This document shows, piece after piece, positions 1-5,913 of a DNA stretch of 10,912 bases. A model generated the notes under the pieces. That model had not been told where the DNA came from, searched no databases, and saw only the letters and a list, made by a program, of their open reading frames with translations. The DNA comes from Leptolyngbyaceae cyanobacterium. Its GTDB lineage: Bacteria; Cyanobacteriota; Cyanobacteriia; Phormidesmidales; Phormidesmidaceae. The DNA lies in NCBI GenBank assembly GCA_965263355.1, contig CBDHHL010000021.1, forward strand, positions 1-10,912. The letters run 5' to 3'. The translations under genes and the position numbers were made by a program. The number at the start of each line of letters is the position of its first letter. Positions within the stretch are counted from its first letter, which is position 1.

Positions 1-159
1 TGAACACCGATCAATCGGACATTTCCGGCTGTTTGACCAGTCTTTAATCTGTCTTAAAGCATAGTTGTAAACGCTTCTAGACGTTTCGAGCCAGTCACAC
101 AAGATCATCTCTTGTTCAGCATCGGGATATAAACGATATTGGTAGTTCAGTGTTAGCAT
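1..159 (-). CDS. tnpB: IS200/IS605-family TnpB (OrfB), N-terminal 53 codons; continues beyond the window edge
   Basis: Manual translation from the ATG at 159: MLTLNYQYRLYPDAEQEMILCDWLETSRSVYNYALRQIKDWSNSRKCPIDRCS. It has the YxYRLYP...R.VYNYAL HTH_OrfB_IS605 start and the KDWxNSRKCxIDRCS segment typical of cyanobacterial TnpBs. Not in the supplied ORF track. Confidence 0.92.
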   Translation of the reverse strand, partial: MLTLNYQYRLYPDAEQEMILCDWLETSRSVYNYALRQIKDWSNSRKCPIDRCS

Positions 160-165
160 ACCCTT

Positions 166-205
166 AGTATAACTGGTTCTACTAGAGATGTGTTAGCTAG
201 TAGAA
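166..205 (-). promoter_or_regulatory. Putative tnpB promoter (-10 TATACT) with an adjacent 9-bp inverted repeat
   Basis: Minus strand reads TATACT (171-166), 6 nt, then ATG. IR TTCTACTAG (177-185) / CTAGTAGAA (197-205) lies just upstream. No clear -35. Confidence 0.45.
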
Positions 206-220
206 TTAAGTTTTCGTAAA

Positions 221-285
221 GTTAAGGGGGACTGGCATTCACCACAGCACTGAAAGTGCGAGTCCTCTGCCCTATCCCCCTTAAC
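221..285. repeat. Nested stem-loop, probable IS left-end subterminal hairpin
   Basis: Perfect 11-bp IR 221-231/275-285, GGCA/TGCC pair (234-237/268-271) and inner GCACTGAAAGTGC hairpin, all read directly from the sequence. Confidence 0.75.
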
Positions 286-334
286 AACCCCTAACTCAAG
301 ATAGACTGCTTAGTATTTCCATGGATTCCTTCGT

Positions 335-526
335 TTATAACGTTCCAAGATGTTCTCCCGTCGCTATAGCGACAACAATTTCACGTTGTTTCTGAGTTTT
401 AACCGGCATTCCTGTTATGGCTGCATACTGACGGATTGCCAGGTTTAGCGCCGTTGGCTCCGTGGCTGTAGCGATCGTTTTGATCACAAACTGTTGCCAT
501 TCTTTAGAACTAAGAACTTTAGCCAT
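335..526 (-). CDS. Hypothetical protein, 63 aa
   Basis: ORF track. Co-oriented with the operon; its ATG overlaps the end of the upstream reading frame (AAC CAT GGC TAA). Confidence 0.7.
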   Translation of the reverse strand: MAKVLSSKEWQQFVIKTIATATEPTALNLAIRQYAAITGMPVKTQKQREIVVAIATGEHLGTL

Positions 527-719
527 GGTTACTTAACGCTTGCAAGATTTTCACTTTTGTCTCATTGTCAACACCTTGAAGTTGATTAACCAAGTCAGGC
601 ATCAACAAATTAATTTTTTCTTACTTGCTTAACCCTGTCGGCAGAGTCGGCCTAGTAGCCGTCAAAAGCTTTTTGTTAATTGGCCTTCTTTCTTTCGGTT
701 GCCATGCTTCAATCGTCAT
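519..719 (-). pseudogene. 66-codon small gene interrupted by one in-frame TAA (621-623), or two tiny ORFs
   Basis: MTIEAWQPKERRPINKKLLTATRPTLPTGLSK*EKINLLMPDLVNQLQGVDNETKVKILQALSNHG*. Strong SD (GAGGGAG) before the ATG at 719; overlaps both neighbours in the coupled manner of the operon. Confidence 0.5.
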
Positions 720-831
720 GATCTCCCTCAAAATAAACGTCTATCCTTGGCCAAAGAACAACATACAAAGCAGTTAATACAAGGGATGCCGCCAAGATTA
801 CGATCCCTACCTGCAAGAAAAGACTTACCAT
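709..831 (-). CDS. Small single-pass membrane protein, ~40 aa (start moved from 906 to ATG 831)
   Basis: MVSLFLQVGIVILAASLVLTALYVVLWPRIDVYFEGDHDD: hydrophobic stretch of ~25 aa and an acidic tail. ATG 831 overlaps the stop of the 825-980 ORF (AAATGGTAA). Confidence 0.6.
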   Translation of the reverse strand: MVSLFLQVGIVILAASLVLTALYVVLWPRIDVYFEGDHDD

Positions 832-980
832 TTTACTGAAACCTGCGTACACAACGCCTTTTGTTGTTGATAATCGTAGATCGCTTCCTCGTGAGTCGCG
901 AAACATCGGTCAGACACTAGAATATTTGTTTTCCAGGTCCAAAAACCGTCTGAAGACTGGAAATATGTAACTTGATCCAC
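825..980 (-). CDS. Hypothetical protein, 51 aa (below the ORF-track cutoff)
   Basis: GTG at 980 with SD-like TAGGA upstream; MDQVTYFQSSDGFWTWKTNILVSDRCFATHEEAIYDYQQQKALCTQVSVKW*. Fills the gap between neighbours and is coupled to the next ORF. Confidence 0.6.
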   Translation of the reverse strand: MDQVTYFQSSDGFWTWKTNILVSDRCFATHEEAIYDYQQQKALCTQVSVKW

Positions 981-1000
981 TACTACAATTCCTATTCGTT

Positions 1001-1327
1001 TTACTGATCAGAAAAAGCTAAATGTATTTTCAGTAGATCTGAAAGATGTTGTTTTTCAATTTCTAGAAGAGCTTTTTCGTTATTTTTTTGACACAATTCA
1101 GCGTCGAGATTGACATACTCTTCATTTGTGCTTGTTAGATGGCTTAATGCAGCTTTGCGAGCGTCTGCATTTTTTAACGTTTTATCACTATTAACTTCCT
1201 GGCTTAATTCAGTAAGCTTTAGTGACATCGCTTTATTAATGCCAGCAATTAAATTAGATGTCGCTAAAACATCTAATCTGATTTGACGCAACTTATCAGC
1301 TAGATCAATGCATTCGTTTTTCATCAC
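1001..1327 (-). CDS. Coiled-coil hypothetical protein, 108 aa
   Basis: Heptad-like Leu pattern with a central DKTLKNADARKA motif resembling the LKNxxxRKA motif of small cyanobacterial/phage helical proteins. GTGA overlap with the upstream stop. Confidence 0.8.
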   Translation of the reverse strand: MMKNECIDLADKLRQIRLDVLATSNLIAGINKAMSLKLTELSQEVNSDKTLKNADARKAALSHLTSTNEEYVNLDAELCQKNNEKALLEIEKQHLSDLLKIHLAFSDQ

Positions 1328-1584
1328 AATTCCTTTTTTAATTCTTCAATAAATTCCCTAACACCCTGCTCATTCCTGGTGTAATCGACGAAACTTGCCC
1401 GTCTTACACCAGTCACAAGACCCGCAGCTTCTAACTGCCTCAAATGCCTAGAAGCCGTAGGATGATGCACCCCTAACGCGATCGCAACCTCGCCGCTAGT
1501 GAGCACGCCTTGTCTTTTCAGCACTTGCATCACTTCTAGTCGGCCAGGGTTAGCAAGCGCCGAAAGACAATCATGTACGCTCAC
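1324..1584 (-). CDS. ArsR/SmtB-family winged-HTH regulator (~86 aa; probable GTG start at 1584 rather than 1665)
   Basis: LSALANPGRLEVMQVL...LTSGEVAIALGVHHPTASRHLRQLEAAGLV...R...VDY matches the ArsR consensus ALadptRl.Il..L....v.ela..lg.sq.tvS.HL..L..aGLV. Confidence 0.9.
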   Translation of the reverse strand: MSVHDCLSALANPGRLEVMQVLKRQGVLTSGEVAIALGVHHPTASRHLRQLEAAGLVTGVRRASFVDYTRNEQGVREFIEELKKEL

Positions 1585-1807
1585 AAAGAATTTCAGCCGC
1601 CTTTTTAGACAACTGTTCGAAACTGCCGTAATACAACGTCTGATGGCTTGAGTACCCCAAGTCAAGGCAATACTTACTTGTGATAACAGGATTCCAATTA
1701 AGCTCTATGCAGCCCTGGTAAGCTTTACCTGGCAGATAAATAGACCAGGAATCGTCACCCATCTTTTTTAGTGTCATTTTCCTTTTTTGGAAAGTGTTCA
1801 ATTCCAA
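1571..1807 (-). CDS. Hypothetical protein (78 aa; alternative ATG at 1777)
   Basis: ORF track; co-oriented, fills the gap and overlaps the ArsR start by a few codons. Confidence 0.65.
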   Translation of the reverse strand: MELNTFQKRKMTLKKMGDDSWSIYLPGKAYQGCIELNWNPVITSKYCLDLGYSSHQTLYYGSFEQLSKKAAEILCERT

Positions 1808-1837
1808 TTATGGATGTTATTTCCAAATCTGTCAATA

Positions 1838-2191
1838 CTAAATTGCCGCAAACTGTTGAATTGATTGATTAATCTGCTCTCGCTTCTGCCAAAGGCTGCC
1901 TAGCCTTTTGGACTGTTTTTTCTCTAGCCAAACACCATGCTCAAGATAGTAGCTAATTTCATGAGCCTTTAGCCCTCTATGGGCCAAAATCTTTTCTAAT
2001 GCCTGAAAAGAAAAGTCGTCTAGTTGCTTAACATAATTGCCAGAACGCCAAGCCGCAATTGTTTGATGACTTGCTAGTCCATCGCAGCGATCGCTTAGGT
2101 CTCGAACCGTTGCATCAATTCCAGCTGCTTTAAGTATCTTTTTCGATAGCAGCTCTGATAATCTTTGTTTATATTGCGTTGATGCTCTCAT
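1838..2191 (-). CDS. Probable Xre/Cro-CI-like HTH DNA-binding protein, 117 aa
   Basis: TVRDLSDRCDGLASHQTIAAWRSG resembles the Xre HTH pattern (s.reLa...gvs..ti..We.G), followed by a LEKI helix. Confidence 0.6.
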   Translation of the reverse strand: MRASTQYKQRLSELLSKKILKAAGIDATVRDLSDRCDGLASHQTIAAWRSGNYVKQLDDFSFQALEKILAHRGLKAHEISYYLEHGVWLEKKQSKRLGSLWQKREQINQSIQQFAAI

Positions 2192-2201
2192 GGCCGTTAA
2201 A

Positions 2202-3056
2202 CTATGAAACTAAAACTTTCAGGCTAATTATTTCGATGGGGGGAAGTGCCCCTAGTGACAACATACCCTGCTTACATTCATAAGCAAGGCTCAAATCAGG
2301 CTTACTTGCTAAATTTACTCCTCTGTAAATAGTATTTACAGATTCCTTTGATTCTAGGATATCAAATTGTTTGGGCGGTCGCAGTAAATCAATTAAGTAT
2401 TTTGCTGAACCATCGCTTAAGTTATCGGCTTTATCGCCGACTGCTATCTTCCATCGCCAAACGTCATCACATCTAAATGATTGATAGCTAGGCAATGCCC
2501 ACCATTTCTGACGTTTCTTAGATTGCTGGTTCCATTTGCTGCAAAGCCAATTAAATATCTCTTCTCGACTTCGAACGCGTGGAGGGTGGTTGCGAGTATT
2601 TAACCAAAAAATATCAGGGTTTTGGACTAACCCATGCCAGTCACTATCAACGGTAGCCAAATAGATTTGATCGATCAATCCTGAGCTGCTATCTAGCCAT
2701 AGCCGAACAATAGCAGCGGCTACGTCGTCGGCTTCTTGTGATTTTATATCAATCAAAGAAGCACTGCTGCTTAATATGCCCTCCATCGCAGTATGGAATG
2801 ATGCGGGTTTAGGTTTGCGGCCTGCTTTGTAATCGGGGAATAGCTGATTACGCCAGTAGGGCTTAGAGTCAATTGCCCAAACGCATTTAGCAGTTGATTG
2901 CAACGCAGGGATCCAGCCTAGTGAATTAACCCATTCTGCCGCCATATAAGCGTAAGCTTTAGCATTAGTTTCGGTTAGACCTGCCTTGTCAATCTGTGCC
3001 GACATTTGGAAGGCGATCACAGACGTATCAACAACAATTAGGTTATTCACTATCAC
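2202..3056 (-). CDS. 5'-3' exonuclease / flap endonuclease (PolA N-terminal domain, T5 D15, T4 RNase H-like)
   Basis: Full FEN/PIN motif set in order: IVVDTS, WAIDSKPYWR...FPDYKAGRK, EADDVAA, TVDSDW, VGDKADNL. Confidence 0.93.
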   Translation of the reverse strand: MIVNNLIVVDTSVIAFQMSAQIDKAGLTETNAKAYAYMAAEWVNSLGWIPALQSTAKCVWAIDSKPYWRNQLFPDYKAGRKPKPASFHTAMEGILSSSASLIDIKSQEADDVAAAIVRLWLDSSSGLIDQIYLATVDSDWHGLVQNPDIFWLNTRNHPPRVRSREEIFNWLCSKWNQQSKKRQKWWALPSYQSFRCDDVWRWKIAVGDKADNLSDGSAKYLIDLLRPPKQFDILESKESVNTIYRGVNLASKPDLSLAYECKQGMLSLGALPPIEIISLKVLVS

Positions 3057-3132
3057 ACGAAAATATAAACATCAAATTTTTTCCCAAGATCTATCAAACC
3101 GATGCTGTATAACGGTTATTTAGATTTTTCGC

Positions 3133-4671
3133 TCAATCAGCCATCAGTTTGTAAATTAAACTTTGAGCTTTAGCGATGCATTCTTGAAACTCTTTTTCCT
3201 GAGCAGAGTCGACGGCGTACCACAATGTTTCTAGCCCTGGGATTGCAAGAAACCCGTCAATTTCGTACTCTTCACAAAAGCAGTCAATCAGGCAGATCAT
3301 GACGTGCATTGCATCGGTTAATGGTCTTAATTGCAACCAATCAGCCTTAGCTTTTTTGTTGGCTTTCACTGGCTCAGGGGGCTTAGCAAAATGCGTTTTA
3401 ATGTTCGGCTGGCTGGCTAGTGTCTTAGCTAATGCATTCCCTGGGATAATCGGCATTGGTACCCTAGCTTCAAACAGCATGTAACTAGTGGTTGGCTGAT
3501 CACTAACTCCAGTAATTAAAAATTGCCGAATCATCCAGTGATGACTCCAAATAGTGCTTTTGGGCATCCCTGATACATCATGAGCAGGGTTAAAGCCCAT
3601 ATTGGCCATGCCGTTAACGCTATATCCGTCACGAAATGTGCGCAAATGTGATTTGCCCCAATTAACTAAAGCAATATCATTAGAATCTCGTTTGCTAGGC
3701 TTAATTCCTTTTGCTTTTTCGTATTCAGTTTCTATATAAGAGACAAGTTCTTGCCAATCACCAACCGGATATCTAAGCCCAGTCGTTGCCGCCATGCCAT
3801 ACAAAATCACTGGACTGGGGCAATAGATATTCGCAACCAGTGGCCATAGTTCTTGAAACAATCGAAGGGTTACCCAGACATCTTGAGCGCAATATTCAAA
3901 CAGTGTCTTTGGCCCTTCCCCTCCAACTGTTTTCAGAATCTCAATTCCCAGCACATCACTAGCTAAACTGGCCAGATCCATATCGGATGCCTGGGTTACC
4001 CAATCAGGAGCAGGCTTGCCATTAGCGATCGCAACCTTGTACTTCTCATACTGCGATCGCTGTTCTTTATGCACACCTCTGACAAGCATTGCCAGGGCCA
4101 TCACATCTATAAATAGACAACGCTCTGGTCCATACTCGGCATAAGAACTACTAAGAAATTGCGAATCATGGGCAGCGCCGTTCTGAGTGATTATGATGCA
4201 ACCAGTTGGGAACGGAATAGTACGCCGCTTAGTTTCCGTCCAGCAATACATTGGGTTTTGCTCTTGCCATGCGTACCAGTAACCGTCGGCCCCATAGCAA
4301 ATGCATAGGCAGGGCAACCATGCGTCTATATCAGCGTTTGCCGTGAATGCTTGCAATTCAATGGATTCAACATCGAGAACCATGGTTGCAGGCAGGTCAT
4401 CAGGGGAAATGCATTGCCAGCTGCCCTCATCAAGACGAGACCAACCACTGCCGCCCACCTCGGCAAATGTTGGGATAAATTCAACTGGGAATCGCTCAAC
4501 TTGCACATTATTTAATAGGGGGGTTAATTCAACTGCGATGTCATGCCAAAGATCCCCAACCATTCCTTCTAGCCAAGCTCGCCACTCGGCACCTGTGGCC
4601 CCCTCCTTAGGGTATGGATATGAGCTGAACTTTGGTTCTGTTACTGGTCTAGTAATTGTTGTTGCTGACAT
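3133..4671 (-). CDS. DNA polymerase gamma-like (family A) protein: intact 3'-5' exonuclease with a degenerate polymerase domain
   Basis: Pol gamma-specific segments GWSR, VLDVE (ExoI D100/E102), WYAW, QNGAAHD (ExoII D169), FIDVMAL...G...QR, PDW, YCAQDVW.T...F....P....CPSPVILYGM (ExoIII Y260/D264). The C-terminus DAMHVMI......EEYEIDG resembles the Pol gamma palm but has no HDE. Confidence 0.85.
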   Translation of the reverse strand: MSATTITRPVTEPKFSSYPYPKEGATGAEWRAWLEGMVGDLWHDIAVELTPLLNNVQVERFPVEFIPTFAEVGGSGWSRLDEGSWQCISPDDLPATMVLDVESIELQAFTANADIDAWLPCLCICYGADGYWYAWQEQNPMYCWTETKRRTIPFPTGCIIITQNGAAHDSQFLSSSYAEYGPERCLFIDVMALAMLVRGVHKEQRSQYEKYKVAIANGKPAPDWVTQASDMDLASLASDVLGIEILKTVGGEGPKTLFEYCAQDVWVTLRLFQELWPLVANIYCPSPVILYGMAATTGLRYPVGDWQELVSYIETEYEKAKGIKPSKRDSNDIALVNWGKSHLRTFRDGYSVNGMANMGFNPAHDVSGMPKSTIWSHHWMIRQFLITGVSDQPTTSYMLFEARVPMPIIPGNALAKTLASQPNIKTHFAKPPEPVKANKKAKADWLQLRPLTDAMHVMICLIDCFCEEYEIDGFLAIPGLETLWYAVDSAQEKEFQECIAKAQSLIYKLMAD

Positions 4672-5000
4672 GATTTATTAGTTTGTTTGAACTTTTGACC
4701 GGCCCATTGTGCGTGCTTACGTTTCGCATTTTGAGCTTCTGTTTCTTTTGTATCGTCGTCATGGGCCACACCAACAGCTTGGCGACGGTATACCTCAATT
4801 AAGTAAGGGATTTTATGCTTTTTCTTATTGAGGCAATCAAGCCGTTGGTCAACATCTACCCACCAAATGCCATCAGAACGAGTTAGGCAATAATCACAGC
4901 GGCATAAGCTAGCGTCTAAGCCTGGGATGATGGCATTTGGCGAAGCAGTGCATTTGGTTTTAGAACGACGGGTTAAGGGTAGTTCTAATTGGTGAGGCAT
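4641..5000 (-). CDS. Hypothetical Cys-rich protein, possibly Zn-binding, 119 aa
   Basis: ORF track. Contains C-x15-CRCDYC and a later Cys; starts 2 nt after the KilA-N stop and overlaps the Pol gamma-like start by 31 nt. Confidence 0.7.
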   Translation of the reverse strand: MPHQLELPLTRRSKTKCTASPNAIIPGLDASLCRCDYCLTRSDGIWWVDVDQRLDCLNKKKHKIPYLIEVYRRQAVGVAHDDDTKETEAQNAKRKHAQWAGQKFKQTNKSCQQQQLLDQ

Positions 5001-5002
5001 GG

Positions 5003-5842
5003 TTATACAGGAAAGATTTCTAATGGGATGCCTGCACCTGTTTTTTTCAGGACTTGAGCGAATTCATTATCAATCAAATAAGCTTTCCACTTGTACATGG
5101 CCAATGGAACCATGTCGAATTCTTGCAAGCACCATTCTTTATAGCTTTGATACCATTTAGAAATTGGTTTTTGTTGGTTTCTAATCAAAGCTAAGCTAGC
5201 CAACCAGTTCTCAACACTACGCGCCTGTAATTCACGCTTTCGTTTGATAAGGTATTTTTTACGATTGTCTTCTGCAATCAATTGAGCGCACGCATATTCT
5301 GGATAACAAATTAGTGCAGCTCGGTGCTTAAGATCTCGAGATTGGGCGCAGTCCTTTGGAAACACATCTTCGATTTGCTCAACCATCTTAATGAACTTAA
5401 GTTCATGAGCTGGGATTGACTCTTCAGCCTCCAATCGGCCTTCAGTCATATAAGTACGAACCCATTTGCTAACTTGCAGGGCAAATGCTGGGCTGCACCA
5501 CATTGCAAATTGAATAGCAATATCAGGGTGTGCCCATGTCCCACCATTACGGCCTTGGATGGTTCTAATAGGTGGCTCAATATCCTTGCTATCACTAGCA
5601 TTTTCTGAAAACTCCCCCTCTGAGGGGGTAGATAAGTACGGACACTTTTGATGTCTTAAAAACTCATCAAACAATTCTTTCGTGGGCTCGGTTTTTAGCC
5701 AATGATCAATTCGCTTGCCGGTAGCATTAGCCATCTGATTGAGATTGATATAGCCATCTTCTCGCTTTTGCCAGATATCAACTTGATTAAAGCTGCGAAC
5801 GATATTGGAATCGTTATTGTCGTTGGAAGTGTTTATGGTCAT
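5003..5842 (-). CDS. KilA-N domain DNA-binding protein with a C-terminal primase-like (probable winged-helix) domain
   Basis: KilA-N motifs REDGYINLNQMANATGKRIDHWL and GGTWAHPDIAIQFAMWCSPAFALQVSKWV. The last 72 aa align with the C-terminus of the 8525-10774 primase. Confidence 0.92.
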   Translation of the reverse strand: MTINTSNDNNDSNIVRSFNQVDIWQKREDGYINLNQMANATGKRIDHWLKTEPTKELFDEFLRHQKCPYLSTPSEGEFSENASDSKDIEPPIRTIQGRNGGTWAHPDIAIQFAMWCSPAFALQVSKWVRTYMTEGRLEAEESIPAHELKFIKMVEQIEDVFPKDCAQSRDLKHRAALICYPEYACAQLIAEDNRKKYLIKRKRELQARSVENWLASLALIRNQQKPISKWYQSYKEWCLQEFDMVPLAMYKWKAYLIDNEFAQVLKKTGAGIPLEIFPV

Positions 5843-5913
5843 AGTTTTTAGCCTTTTCTTGTTTGATTTGAATTACTTGAATTGATGCACCGTGAATTGA
5901 CGAACTTGACTAG

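Larger units (their letters stand above)
1..290 (-). mobile_element. Left part of a tnpB-only (IS1341-like) IS200/IS605 element; exact left boundary uncertain (~285-300)
   Basis: tnpB 5' end preceded by a structured end: 11-bp inverted repeat GTTAAGGGGGA (221-231) / TCCCCCTTAAC (275-285) enclosing the hairpin GCACT-GAA-AGTGC (247-259). There is no room for tnpA between this end and tnpB. Confidence 0.75.

Noticed and set aside
621..623. Stop-codon reassignment explaining the in-frame TAA
   Set aside because: TAA terminates several neighbouring genes normally, and the long ORFs are intact under code 11.
1585..1665. N-terminal extension of the ArsR ORF given in the track
   Set aside because: It overlaps the upstream gene by ~95 nt, and the ArsR fold begins right after GTG 1584.
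3133..4671. Pol gamma-like gene as an active polymerase, a frameshifted pseudogene or a eukaryotic insert
   Set aside because: Motifs A/B/C are substituted or missing, yet the ORF is continuous and palm-like segments run in order to the C-terminus. It has no introns, contains HIP1 sites and overlaps its upstream gene like an operon member.
3299..4681. ORFs 3299-3484(+), 4301-4681(+) and 4326-4508(-)
   Set aside because: They lie within or antisense to the Pol gamma-like gene and have no recognisable motifs; treated as shadow frames.
5869..5900. Three TGAATT copies upstream of the KilA-N gene
   Set aside because: Short, AT-rich and irregularly spaced; not distinguishable from chance.
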